Below, in pieces: positions 1-12,965 of a DNA stretch of 64,000 nt (the stretch's first letter is position 1; the number at the start of each line of letters is the position of its first letter). The notes below the pieces were generated by a model. The model was not told where the DNA came from and did not search any database. It worked only from the letters and a program-made list of their open reading frames with translations. This DNA comes from the human T2T-CHM13v2.0 reference genome, Homo sapiens. The position numbers and the translations under genes were made by a program. The stretch lies in the NCBI RefSeq assembly GCF_009914755.1, contig NC_060928.1; one strand, given 5' to 3'.

Positions 1-114
1 TCCTTGCATGTATGTGTGCACTGGTGGGAGCAGGGCAGCAGAGTCCGTGCACACACATGCTTGTGCCAGTAGCAGCAAGGCAGTGGAGTGCGCATGCACA
101 TGCACGGGCAGGGC

Positions 115-222
115 CTGTCTCACAGGGTTCTTGTGAGGGTTAAGGGAGATAATACATATAAATTATTTGAAACCGTACCTGGAACATAATAAGTATTCAA
201 TAAATATTATCTGTTGTTATAA
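115..222 (+). mobile_element. MIR SINE 3' half
   Basis: ctcacagggttcttgtgagggttaagggagataatac...cctggaacataataagtattcaataaatatt resembles the MIR 3' end. Confidence 0.8.
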
Positions 223-299
223 GTTAATCTGAGTGGATCTGAGATTGAATTTGGTTGGAGGGCCACAAAGACAAATGTAGTGCCTGACAGGAGCATATG

Positions 300-410
300 C
301 CACAGTTTACTTAGCCATTCCTGCGTGGCAGACATTTTGTTGTTTTTGATGTTTTACTGTAATAAACAATGCTATTATTAACATATTTGTGTGCAAAACC
401 CATGTACTTG
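300..410 (-). mobile_element. Old L1M (L1ME-like) 3' fragment
   Basis: cacagtttacttagccattc...gacatttt...aaacaatgctattattaacatatttgtg resembles antisense L1M 3' region. Confidence 0.5.
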
Positions 411-809
411 GGAACTTTATTTATAGTGGGGAATGGCAAGTCATTTATCTTTAAGGAGGTGCTTCATAAACCAACATAGGTTTTGGCCTCACCCAATACA
501 GCAAGTAGAATTATTATAAAGTATAGAATAAATCTTGTTGAGGATCTTAGTGACTCAAAGTTTGCCAACTTGTCAAGAACCTCTTTCTAACTGCTTCTTA
601 ACATGTGACAAAGCAAAGTTTTTCTTTTGAGAAAATAATAATATTCAATACACAGTAAGTAATCTTATCATAGTTTTTAGGATGTCCTTTGGCTCTAAGT
701 TAGGCACATTGAAAATGCCCATTCTGAGTTAGTTAGTTAATTAAGTTAATACTTATTCAAATGTCAAATGGTTTAGAAATTAAACAATTTTGGGATGGGA
801 CTTCAGGAA

Positions 810-928
810 TGACTTAATAGTTATATGACCTTGGGCCAGTTATTTTAACCTCTGTGAATTAAGCAATTATTTTGGCCTCTCTCAGACTCAGTTTCCTCAT
901 AAGTATAATAAAAATAATAATGCTTATG
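810..928 (+). mobile_element. MIR fragment
   Basis: tgaccttgggccagttattttaacctctgtg...ctcagtttcctcat MIR core. Confidence 0.7.
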
Positions 929-934
929 TTAATT

Positions 935-1585
935 TTTATGCAACAATTATATATTGAGTTTCTATTACATGACAGGTACTTTTCTAGGTGCTTGGGATGC
1001 ATCAGTGAAAAAAATCTCCCTGTTCCAAAGGACCTTACATTCTAGTGGTAGCAAGGACAGATGATAAATGATAAACATAATGCTTAAATAAATTATATAG
1101 CATATTAGAAAATGGTAAATGCAATGGAAAATGGAAAACACAGTGTTGGATAAGAAGGATCAGGTATGCATGGAAGGATCAATATTTTTAAAAGTGCAGT
1201 TAGGGTAGGTCTCACTGGGGTAATATTTGAACAAAAATTTGAAAGAGGTAAGGCAGTCAGCCATGCAGCTATGTGGGGAGAGGTATTCCAGGTAGAGAGA
1301 AGCAAGTGGAAGGCCCTTAGGTGGGAGCATGACAGGCATATTTTAGGAATAGTAAGGACAGTGTGGCTGAAGCAGAGTGAATGAGGGGGAAGATGGTTGG
1401 AGACAAAGTCAGTGAGGTAACAAGTCCCAGATCATGTTGGACCTTCTAGGCATTGTCAGAGCTTCAGATTTTGCTCTGGGTGAAATGGAAAGTCATGGAG
1501 GATTCTGAACAGAGGAACAGTTGAACTTATGTTTTATCAGAATCATTCTGACTCTTGAGTGAGGATAAACTCTGGGGGTGCAGCT
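935..1585 (-). mobile_element. L2 LINE 3' part (segment 1)
   Basis: attgagtttctattacatgacaggtacttttctaggtgcttgggatgcatcagtgaa...cttacattctagtgg is the typical antisense L2 3' end. Confidence 0.8.
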
Positions 1586-1789
1586 GATATTGTCACTCCT
1601 TCTCCTTCCTGTTCCCCTTCCCATGGAGGATACAGCCTGGCAGCTGAAAATGTGAGGCAGCGAAGGGGTTGGGGCAGCCATGCAGAGGCATAGGCTGGGG
1701 TTGGGGAGCTGCAGGCTGTGGGTCAGAAGCTGAGGGGGTGGTGTGGAGGTGGTAGGTGGAAGACACAGCCAGCATGGCGGGTGGTAGAG

Positions 1790-3185
1790 TGGGGAGAGGG
1801 AGTTGGTCACACTGAGCAAATTAGTAAATTGATGGTGAATGTAAGAATAATGGGAGCCAAGTTTTTCACTGCTGGAGAAGGAATTTATAAACAGAAATGA
1901 GGAAGGCTAGAAGGAACTCTGAAGTTGGACAGGAATTGGAGGTATCAGTATGAACATATGATTGTCTGTCTAGCTAGCTTTGTAATTATAGATGTTTAAG
2001 TGTGTGCCATATATATACACATCATGTCCAAGCTCTGTTCACCGGGAGGGCTTAGTAGCAATAACACCTTAGTAACAATTAGTACAATGAGCACCCAGAC
2101 ATTGGTTTCTAAAAACCATCTTTCACTGGAAGATACCAAGGCTCCTTGGAGTGATGGCCAATGGCTGATTCCAGGTTGGTTGGGGTGGGAGTGGGGAGAC
2201 TTGGAAAGTGTAAGATGAGCCTGCAACGTCTTGTACTGGACAATAAGGAAAGGCTCAGTGAATGGTGGGAACATTTCAAAAGGACACAGGGGCTCCTATT
2301 GGTCAAATCAGGGAGAATTTTTGCATTAAAGAATAATAATGGATTACAACTCATTGAATAAAATAGGAATCTGTGAATCCATTCCGATGCGAATGAATAA
2401 ATGAATGAAAAGGGTAAGCTTGACTTTACTATAAAATGCCAACTAATAAATGTATAAACAATAATGTTTGGCAACTTTCACAGATGTAGTTTGATTTGGG
2501 CTAAAGTCATCGATGAAGTCTCACAGAGGATGGATGCTAAGGCTGAAAGGTGAAGGTTTCATGAGGAACAGGATATTCTGACATATTCTGAGAATACCTT
2601 CCCCTAACATATAAATCAATTACAAAGAAAAAATGGTAAATTTAAGTGGAGAAAGCTGGCAGACATCAACATGACCAGGAGACCAAGGTGGGATAGGTTG
2701 ACATTGTATCACTTCTGATGTGATGCCCTGAGAAGAGAATGTCATTGTTTCTGTGGAATTCTTGCCCTGGATGAAGTGCCTGAGTCTGATCGTAAGGAAC
2801 CATCATCCTACAGGGGGTGATCCTACCGAATGTAACACTTCCTACTGTGCCAAGTGCATGGAAGATGGGGAAAGACTGAGACACTTCCAGATCAAAGGAT
2901 TCTGAAGAGATATAACAGCTAACTGTGATGTGTTCGTGAAAAACTCCTGAACCACAGAGGGAAAAGAGACATTTTAGGGAAATTAGCAACAGCTGAATGG
3001 GATTTGATGGTAGTGTATCGATGTTAATTTCCTGATTCAAAGAGTTGTATGCTGATTATATAGGACAGTGTTGTTGCTTTTGGAAAATCCACACTGAAGA
3101 GTACTTTTGGGGTGACAGAGCTTACCCTCAAAAGCTTCTGATTATGTAGTTAAAATTATTTTTAAATACTTTTATTTCTAAAAGA
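1790..3185 (+). mobile_element. L1MC-type LINE 3' UTR fragment
   Basis: ggaattggaggtatcagtatgaac, agcacccagac...ggtttctaaaaaccatc, ggagaaagctggcagacatc motifs of L1MC 3' UTR; similar sequence occurs antisense at 57.3-59.6 kb. Confidence 0.7.
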
Positions 3186-3194
3186 AGGCTATTG

Positions 3195-3660
3195 GAAGTG
3201 AGAGATAATGATGATTTAGATCAGGGAGGTGATGTGGCAGTGGTGGGAAATGGTCAGACTCAGGATATATTTTGAAGATAGAACCAATAGAACTTCCTGA
3301 TGAATTGGATATAGGTTATGAAAGAAAAATAGGGGCAAGAATGATTCCAAGGTTTTGGCCTGAGCATCTGGAATGATAAGTAAACTGTGGGTGAGACAGG
3401 TTTTTGGAGGGAATATCAAGAGTACCATATTGGATGAGTTGAGTCTGAGACACTCTATTAGACATCCTCCTAATTAAGATGTCAGGGAGGCAGTTAGAGA
3501 CAAGAATTGGAAGTTCAGGAAGGGATTTGTGCTGGAGATAGAAATTTGGGAGTTATCAGAAAGCAGATGGTATTTAAAGTCATGAGGGGATGAGATCACC
3601 AGAAGAGGAAATGTAGAGAAGAGGGCATTCTCAGGACTGCTTGGCAGGGGTATTTTCAGC
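3195..3660 (-). mobile_element. L2 LINE (segment 2, continuation of 935-1585)
   Basis: tggtcagactcaggatatattttgaagatagaaccaatag...gattccaaggttttggcctgagcatctggaa; antisense L2. Confidence 0.8.
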
Positions 3661-3787
3661 CTAGGTAAACTCACTGAAAAATTACTGAAAAATGTCCAAC
3701 TATGTAAAAATCCACGGCTAAAGTCTTCAAAGAGGTAACAGTTTGACATATGCAAAGAGGATTAACAACATAAAGAACAAGATTATT

Positions 3788-4044
3788 ATAAACATTAACA
3801 TTTACATTGTGTTTACTATGTGTCAGGCACAATGTTGCTTTATATAGATTATCACATTTAATCTTCATCTCAATCTTGTGAGAGGGGTAATATCATTTCT
3901 AGTTTTCATGTGAGGAAACTGAAGCTCAAAGAATTTAAATAATGTGTTAAAGGTCTCACAGCTAGTAAATAGTGAGCCTGGGATTCATATCCTTGTGATC
4001 TGCCTACACTACCTTCCATTCTAATGGCTGCACTATCCTGCCTC
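3788..4044 (-). mobile_element. MIR, near full length
   Basis: tactatgtgtcaggcac...atttaatcttca...gaggaaactgaagctcaaaga...aaggtctcacagctagtaaatagtgagcctgggattc. Confidence 0.85.
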
Positions 4045-4132
4045 AAGTACTGGACGAGGACAGAAAGAAGCCTGTCATGGGGCTCTAGACCCCTCTTGAC
4101 TGCCCAAAACAACCACATCAAACCAACATTTT

Positions 4133-4179
4133 CACACACACCACACCACACCACACACACACACACACGTGCACACACA
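4133..4179. repeat. (CA)n/(CACCA)n microsatellite
   Basis: cacacacaccacaccacaccacacacacacacacacgtgcacacaca. Confidence 0.9.
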
Positions 4180-5229
4180 ATCAAGAGCTGAAGCCTTAGA
4201 AGATATAAGAACATTCCATCTTTCAGGCTGACTGCCCCTCACTTACGGCCATGTCAGCTCCCTGAGAGAGGTCTTAGAAATTTTAGTGTGTTGGAGGAAG
4301 GACTTACAGTGGAGTAAACCCATGTTTCCAAGGACCATGGTCCAACAATAGGCAGTGGAAAGAGTATCCCAGGCTCCAAAGAGCAACATCAGCGTCTGGG
4401 TTATGAACACGACCAACCCTGTGTTTTTAAGAGCTCCATCTTTCCTGAAATATCCTTCTTTTGGCTTGCTGTTATTTGCCACTTTTATAAGCTACTGAGC
4501 CACATCACTGGTGTGAACAGTTTCAAAGCTTACATATTTCTTCTTGTAATCAGTTTAGTCGATCTTGTAACTATAAAGAGTGAGATGGTAAATCCTGAGC
4601 TCTCATTCTGAGTCAGAATTTATGATAAGAACAACGTGCTTGTGCCCAAACAGAACCATGCATGTATGGTAATATGGCACTTGAAATTTATGTACTTCCT
4701 TTTATCCAAGGAACAGAAAGTGCTTCTGTAAAATGGATTTAGAGCCAACTGTCTACAGCAGGCAATGGGAACAGTTCAAAAAAGGACTGCCGAGAGAATC
4801 ATTTAATTTATGCAAGGCCAGGGTTCACACTAAACAACCATGTGCCCCAATTTGTTTCACAGAAATGGTTCCAGGAGACCACTGCCATTTCAACCCCTGC
4901 TCAACAGGGATGAATTCAACTGCATCTTTGCCCACCAGTTGTATATGAAGACATTCTTTCATCCCTGCGGTTTAGTGCTGGTTGCTGCACAGGACTAGCC
5001 CCTGGTATTAGCTGAGGAGATCACCAGCAGAATGGGTCCCATCATTCCTTTCCACTGACTAACTGGTTGGCTCTTCTTCTTAGTAAGGGAGAGCCTTTAT
5101 GATTAACTGTGCTAGCATGAAAAAACTCTAGTCTTGTAGGTAAGCCCACTATAATTTATAACCCCACTATAAAATATTATGGCTTCTCTCTATCACACAC
5201 TTCAAAATGCACATGCTACAGTAGGTCCT

Positions 5230-5711
5230 TGTATTAGTTACCTATCGCTGCATAACAAATTATCCAAAACTTAGTGCGTTAAAAGGTTTATTATGTCCCA
5301 GTGTCTGTGGGTCAGGAATCCTGACATGGCTTGACTGAGTCTTCTGCTTCAAGGCCTCTCTCAAGATCTTACCCAGGGCTGTAGTCATCTCCAGGCTAGA
5401 CTAGGGGAGGACTTGCTTCCAATCATGAGGTATTTGGCATGATTCAATTCTTTGAGGGCTGTGAGACTAAGGCCCCAGTTTCTCACAGGCTGTTGGTTGG
5501 AGGTCTCCTTCAGTCCCAAGAGAGAGCACCAGCACGAATGAAGTCACAGTCTTTTGTAACCTAATCACAGAAGTGACATCTCATCACCTTTGCCATATTC
5601 TATTTGTAGAAGCACGTCACCAGTTCACATTTACGGGCAGGGGCTTACCCAGGGCATGAAAACCAGAAGGCAGGAATCATTGGGAGCCACTTTAGAAGCT
5701 GCCTGCCACCA
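5230..5711 (-). mobile_element. MaLR solo LTR (MLT1F/G/H-like)
   Basis: Starts tgtattagttacctatcgctgcataacaaattatccaaaacttag; ends ggaatcattgggagccactttagaagctgcctgccacca. Confidence 0.8.
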
Positions 5712-6013
5712 TCCGATGTATATTGTCACACTTGTCCTTATAATGATCCTCCAATGCAGCGTTAGTCCTCTCATTTCACAGATGGGGCAAGTTCTCAGAC
5801 TTTAGTACTTGCACCTACTGACACATTTATCTTTAGTGACTCATCGTGTTCATTCATGTATGCATTTATTCCACGACTATGATGTGAAAGTACAAAATAT
5901 TAGGTATGCTACTGTGCTAGGTGCCAGTAAGTTTTATTCTTGGTAAACTATAGGTGTATACAGCATCCTAGTAGTTCTTCAATGAGTATTTACTGAGAGG
6001 AAGAACTGTTCAT

Positions 6014-6041
6014 TATATATGTATATATATATATGTATATA
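6014..6041. repeat. (TA)n microsatellite, interrupted
   Basis: tatatatgtatatatatatatgtatata. Confidence 0.85.
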
Positions 6042-8048
6042 GTAGTGCCTAATTTATTGTGTTATACCAATAGTAGATGGTAGTAGTAATTAGTATTTAT
6101 ATTATTAAATATAAAAATTATATTTTATGTATTATAAGAATATAATAATTCTCATGAGTTGTTAATCTATTTTTATAATTTTAAAATATATAACTGGGAG
6201 TACTCTTCTGGTTTTTGAGGGTCTAGGATTCAATAACTTCTGTTTCAGAGATGAATAAATATAGATGAATAGTGGTTATGATATAGACGATGCCCCAGAA
6301 ACTGAAATGGAGAATTTCATTCCAGTCCTATTTGTAGCCCAAACTCTATGTACAAACTACATGGGAAAAGCTGACATGTAACTTGAGTCAGCTCCACGTT
6401 AAACACACATTGAGTACCTGCCATAGGCATTAGCAAGGCTCATCATTGTATTGCTGGTGAGATCATGTACAAAAATAATTTTGCAAATTGAAAAATACAC
6501 ATAAATATAAAAGAATTTTTTAAATTGTTTGTGCTGCTTCCTTAACTCAGGGAAGCCTACAAGGTGCCAAGTTCTGTGGTAAGTGCTTCTTAAAATGTTA
6601 CTTAATCCTTCTCACAACTGCTCTGAAAAGCAAGGTCAGAGCTCCTGGTTGCTGGTGGTTCAAAAAGGGTTCATTTCTGTCTGCTGAGAGGGCTCTGCGA
6701 TCTGTGAGTTCGTGGTGGCCAAACATAGGGAGACTTCCAAGTGAAACCCTCGTTGATGACATAGTGAAACTGTGAGTTTATTGAAGTGGGAATACACCCC
6801 CTCCTAACTTACCCCACACAGAAACAGATCTGTGCAAACATGCTTGTCCTTTTTAGGATGATACAATAACTTTTGAGATAATGGAAGATACTCTGGAATC
6901 TTGGAAGTCAGTGAGAGGAACTACTGGCATAGTAGTTCTTGACTAACAGAAAGGCAGGAGTTCTCACAGACTAGGGTTAGCTGAGAGACAGTGATTTGGC
7001 CATCTCCAACCTATGCAATTACTCAGGGGCCAAAGGAAAGACAAGCCCAGTTTAATAAAACCCAACAGCAGGGATGTAGAGAATCAATAAATGTTGGTTG
7101 ATGTCCACAGGGCAGCTTGGAAGCAACTGGAAGACCTTTTACAGCTGGTTATTTTTGAACAACAATCTAAGATGTATAAAAGCAGAAATAAAAATAACTG
7201 AAGAAAGGAGCCCTGACTTGCTGCCTTGAAATCATGAGTGTGCTGTGGTTGATTTGTAGCTTTTTGCAGTATGGTCAAGATGACCCCTGATTCAATACCT
7301 CCTTTTCCTACCACCTGCCTCCCCTGGGTGGGGGAGGGGAAAACCGTGCTAAAATATTCTATAGAACCAGTACTCTAAGAAGCAGCCTCTATAGCAACCA
7401 AGCAGGTAGGAGGTAGCTGCTGTAGTTTCTATCTTTTACCTTTTTCCTCCAAATATCCAGATTTCTAAGGGGTGAGAAAACACAAACACCAAAAACATCA
7501 TTGGAATTTTGGATTAAAGACAAGACAGCTATCTGTCTTGTCTCATTTTTGATACACCAGCTGATAATTGGGCTATATCTGAGTCTAAAAATAACACATA
7601 GTACATTAAAATAATATTCCTTGGCTACAATTCCAAAGTGGTATTCTGGGATTTCTGTGCATTAATCCTGTAACAATAACAGGATTTGGGCTTTTAACTC
7701 CCCTGGTGTAGCTTTGAAAATCTAGCCTAAAGCAGCTAATGTTGCCGTTTAAATCATCCTCTCACTATCCTTAGGGAAATGTGGAGATTAAAAAAATGAC
7801 AGCCCAACTGCTCAAATGACCTATACCTGGGAGAATAAGAGAAACAACCTATTTCCTCTCAGGAACTGGGCCGATCAATATAAATATTTCAAAAGGACCA
7901 TCATGCAATAAAGGCCTTGGAATTTGTATCCTACATCAGAGCACCCTAGATATTTCCAACATAGACCTATCAGGTTTTCCACAAGGGAGGGAGACATTGT
8001 AACAGTTGAATAACTGGAACTGAACTGGGTTGCACGTGTGTGAGCCTC

Positions 8049-8077
8049 TGTGTGTGTGTGTGTGTGTGTTTGTGTGT
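8049..8077. repeat. (TG)n microsatellite
   Basis: tgtgtgtgtgtgtgtgtgtgtttgtgtgt. Confidence 0.9.
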
Positions 8078-8197
8078 TTAGGAAAGGAAGGGAAAGGAGG
8101 CCATTATTATTGTGTATGTTTCTGGTAAACATTCTTTTTTTCCCCTACTGAAACTTGGGCGTATCCCAGAAATTAGGTGCTGTTAATCGTGTCAGCT

Positions 8198-8224
8198 AAA
8201 AAAAAAAAAAAAAAAAAAAAAAAA
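8198..8224. repeat. poly(A) tract (27 nt) with no attached element
   Basis: Uninterrupted A run; no Alu/L1 body upstream. Confidence 0.9.
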
Positions 8225-8557
8225 GCATGTTCTAAAATATGCACACAGTTCTAAATTGAAGCTCTAAATAGCTTTAAATTGAAGTGGCAGGAGTTTTTCA
8301 ATGATACCATTAATTGCATTTCATTAATTGGGAAAAAGAGCTTTTGTGTAGCTGTGGTTATGATGGGCTGGATTTAATCAGTGTAGGTACCACTAACAGG
8401 CTGGCACTGCTTTCGGCCTGCAATGCCTTTGAAATTCTAAAATGGAAAAGGAGGCCAACACACTGAGCAATTATTTCAGAACAGATTGCCCGTTAACATT
8501 TCATAATATCACCGAAATACATCCTTTCTGGGACAGAGACTTGCTTTGGCTATGAAC

Positions 8558-8575
8558 ATCCAAGAGGTGGCAGCA
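8558..8575 (+). promoter_or_regulatory. CTCF-like motif
   Basis: ATCCAAGAGGTGGCAGCA matches CCASYAGRKGGCRS at 12/14 positions, in non-repeat DNA. Confidence 0.4.
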
Positions 8576-9399
8576 CCCCATGCTCCGTTGGCTTTCTGCA
8601 TCCCTCCAGATGAGAGCTCACCGCAGAGGTCTCATCATTGCGTCACCTGAAAGCCAGTTAGGAGGGCGGAGGTGGGGGGGAGGTGATGGAGGGAAGAGGT
8701 AGCGTTTTGTATTTCAGTTCTTCTGGAAGAGTTCAGGAAACAGCTGCATGGATTGTTTTAAATGGACTTGAAAAGGTTTTTCTTTTCTTTTCCTCCCTGA
8801 AATCTACTGCCCTGTGCAGTATCTCTCTATGAAGACCACATGAGTGCACTTACGTGTTCTCTGATTCACTCCCTGAGGGAGGAAGGAAGAGTTTCAATTG
8901 CCTGGGATCCCCTGAGACCTCATTTTCAATTCTCTGCACTTGTCTTTTATAAACACAGGAAGGTGGGATGAAGACGGCATTATTGACAATTATTTTTTGA
9001 GCATGTATGTGGGCAGGGCACTGACCACATCATCAAGAATGTGACACAGTCGGCTGCTAGGATAATTCTCTTCTTCCCTAACTGTTCCTCCAGGTCCCCC
9101 ATACACATAGAAATCTCATGCTAAAAATATTTTACACAACAAATAGCTGTTGAGATCGCATCAAACCCTGAACAATAAGGAGCAATATAACCTTACGTGC
9201 TAGGTGTCATGTGCCTGATATGAGAAGCATCTGGTGACATGGGTGAAGGAGTGTCAGGGCTGGTCTAGCCTGGCCACTGTCCAACTATCTGTGGAAACTG
9301 GCCCTCGTCATGCTAGGAAGTGTGAGGGCAAGAGCTGGAATACACTGAGGCAGCCTTGCTGTTGGGGGTTATTGGCAGCTGTTGGGGGTTAGAGACAGG

Positions 9400-9960
9400 A
9401 CTCTCATGGGTAAGTAGTGTGCAAAATGCCACAGGAGGCTGGAGCTGGGCTCAGCAACAGTCTAGGGTCCAGCACAGCTCAGCTGTGGGCCTATCCCCAT
9501 CCTATCCAGCACAGGGACTTGGCCTCTGTGTACACCACTACGGCTGCTTGGCCTCACCTTCAACTCTGTGTACCTTTTCCTTAACTCATTTCTTCAGCTT
9601 AGTCTTGACCTTGACACCCTCATACCCTCTGTCCCATAGCTTTCCTACATGGCACCTGCTCTCTGGGTACATCTTTTTAGCTTCTGGTCCCACTAACAAT
9701 TCAGAGACTATTTTCCCTGTATTTCCTGGTTAATTTTGAGGGAAGTGTGGAGGGGGAAGGGAAGGAGGAAGGGAAGAGAGACTCATTGGCTGAGTTAATT
9801 GCATTCTTCCTGTCTGGACAGAGCTTTGGAGGCCAGGCCATCTCCCAGGGGATGAGTTAGGCTCTGCTTGGCCACCTTTGAGTCACTTTTAGACCTGTGC
9901 AGGGCTGTCCCCCAGCCTGGGCTATGGGCATGGTTGTTCCCTTCAGGAGGACCGTGGATG
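9400..9960. mobile_element. Possible ancient MaLR/ERVL LTR remnant
   Basis: gagagactcattggctgag and overall composition resemble old MLT1-type LTRs; very degraded. Confidence 0.3.
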
Positions 9961-10984
9961 TGGTAGACACCAAATTTGACATATTGTCCCTTTCCCCATA
10001 CAAAGGAAGGCTCAACGATGCTGGATATCCTGCTGTCAGGGTACTACCCTGGTGAGTTGCTCAGACTCTAGGAAGAGAGAAAGGAACCTCTTTTCTTCTT
10101 TACAAGAAAGCAGTCATGAAGCTTGGAGAATACACATAAGAGTGATAATTTACACTCAATCTTCAATGATTCCAGAAACTTGGGGAAAGAGGTACAGATC
10201 CTTCATTTGAACCATGATGCCATGTATTTTGCATAGCGCAGCTTGGTTTGGACTAGGCTGAGGGAGGGGAGTGGCTGAGTTAGATACCAGTCTCCTTGTT
10301 ATAGTCAAGTCTTCCTTAATAAGGTCTCAAGCTTGCATTTTAATCCAAAGACAGATTCTCGAGTGCTACCTCTTGGTGCTACTTCTAGGCGCCATGACAT
10401 ATTCAGCAATGAGCTCCTCACCTGTTGCCCAGTGCATTGGCAGCATCCCTGGTTGATGCAGCCAAGCCATCTGGAGCAGGGCAAGGGGGGCACACGGGGT
10501 ATGAAAGCCAGATAGCTGCCAGATGCTGCAGTTTCTTGGCTGTGGCCTTGGCCTTCCTCTAGTCCTTTCACTATTATGCTGAGGGCATGTGGCAAAACAA
10601 GGCAGGCCCCACGGGCAGCTTATTTGCTTTTGGCTACTTCCAGTTGAGCCACCAAGAACTTGAGGAGCTTTTTCTTCTTCAGCTATTTTTCTTGAGAGCC
10701 TGAACATCCCCTCCATCTCTTCCACTTGTAGCGCTTGTAGTCAGCCTCAGCCATAAGCCACTGACAAGAGTGTATTAACTGCAGATGTGAGGATGAAGCA
10801 AGGGCAAACTATGGTTAGTTTTCAGAGGTGACTGAGCCCCTTCAACATATAGATAGGGATTTCCATATATGGTGAATTTTGTCACTAAGTGCTTGGCTTT
10901 GTGGCATCCTATTTACCAGTATTTGAAGCTTTTATTTAACAGTTTTATTATGTGGTTCTCTCTGGTGTTGAGTTTGAGCTCACT

Positions 10985-11110
10985 AATTAGATCATTAAGT
11001 TCCTTGAAAGAAAGACAGGGCTTCTATACTCCTAAGCATTTCCTGCAATGTGTAACACAGCACTGTCATTGTACAAGGAATTGGCACTCAATGGGTGTTT
11101 GTTAAATTGA
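10985..11110 (+). mobile_element. L2 3' end fragment
   Basis: taagttccttgaaagaaagac...ggcactcaatgggtgtttgttaaattga. Confidence 0.55.
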
Positions 11111-11461
11111 TTTGACCCAATCTCAATTTCATGTTCAGCTCAGGAGATTTCTTATTAAGTTCTAAGGAGTTTAGATCCTTTCTGGTCATCTATACCTGAA
11201 GGTATAAATTCATTTTGACCAATTTTCCAACTTTAATTTTCTCTTGTGCACTTCAGGAAGAACAGCACCCCAGACATGACTTTTTCAGGGACTTGGAATT
11301 CCAGATTTCCCCTGGGATTCAAGGCATCTGGGAGTTTGACTTCCTATTTTTTACTTTTCATCTCTGTCCTCTTGAAGTTAAGCATGGTGATGTGACTTAC
11401 TTTGGCTAATGAAATATCAGATGTAATGTGTGTTAGCCTCCTCTGCCAAATTAATCTCCTT

Positions 11462-11775
11462 TCCTAGAAGGATAGGTGAAGTTATGCAGTGGTAACAACA
11501 GCTTCCAAAACTTAGTCGAGATTCTGTTTGACAGAGTGACTCAGGGACCCAATTGACAGACAGTCTGTCATCTCAGTGTGTGCTGCCGGGATCACTGTGG
11601 CAGGGGAAGCTGGCATGGATAATCGTTCACCAACTCTTAGCTAACTCTTCCACCCTGAAGTGACACACATTACAACAGATAGTTCATTCAAGAGGATGGA
11701 GAAGTGCAGTCCTTTCCTGGCTCTGGAAAGAACCAAGAGCCAAAAATACTTGTGACCTCTGTAGAACTGACCACA
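11462..11775 (-). mobile_element. MaLR LTR (MLT1J/I-like)
   Basis: gttatgcagtggtaacaacagcttccaaaacttagt...actcagggaccc...gaagtgacacacat...gagaagtgcagtcct...tgaccaca. Confidence 0.65.
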
Positions 11776-12336
11776 CCTCCTCAGAGAGCCCAGAAGTTGC
11801 TGTGTTTCAGTTCATTCTTTAATAAGGCATGGGACGACCCTTGGGAATAATATAAATACTTTATCCTTTGAGGTTCACAGGAGTTAAGAAACAAACCCGT
11901 ATTAAAGATGATTTATGTATTAATAATTAAAGATTAGATTTTTAAATATTATGTAAATATCAGGTTATTTTCCACCAAATCAGTGATCAGCAGTACTCAG
12001 TTGTAGCACTCTCTAAATGCCATAGAAACAGATGGCTGATGGAAGTGATTGGACGTGTTTAGAGTTGCCAGCCCTTTTCATGCTTCTGATGCTTCTTACA
12101 CCTCACAGTCACTCAAAGGCCCAGCAGCTCAGAGCCCTTCTCCATCATCAGAGTCACTTCAGACTCCTGGGCTCTGGGGATCTGATCTTTATTCCCTGCC
12201 CTGTGATTGACTCTGTCAGTCACAAAGCAAGACTCCAGGTTCTTCAAAAGCAAACAGGGAGTCATCCTGCCTCACTTAGTGGTCCTGTGTTCCACACTCA
12301 CTCGATAACTTCCCTCCTTCCAAAGATACAATTCTA

Positions 12337-12656
<320 letters not shown>

Positions 12657-12749
12657 TCACAAGTGTAATGAGTTTAGTAGTCAATGCTCTTTTAGCCCAA
12701 GTCAATGGACTATTATTCCAACATGCCAAGTAAGAGCCAACCATGATAT

Positions 12750-12965
12750 GATTGAAAGAGCTTTTGCATTAGAATCTAAAGACTGGTTCAACTCCCGGCT
12801 CTGCCATGTTCTAGCTGTGTTACCTAGGAAAAATCACTTGGCCTCTCTAAACCTTCACTGGTAAAATTAGGATAATTACACTTACCTTCTAGGATGGAGT
12901 TTCCTACTGATAAAATGTAAATTATAATGCCTACCTCTTGGGATCATGGGAATTTAAATTATTTT
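12750..12965 (+). mobile_element. MIR
   Basis: ggttcaactcccggctctgccatgttctagctgtgttacctaggaaaaatcacttggcctctct. Confidence 0.75.

Noticed and set aside
1660-1800. G-quadruplex candidates (also 2176-2196, 7326-7339, 8661-8699)
   Set aside because: None has four G3+ runs with short loops
8198-8224. Poly(A) as the tail of a processed pseudogene
   Set aside because: No upstream AATAAA, no TSD and no mRNA-like body
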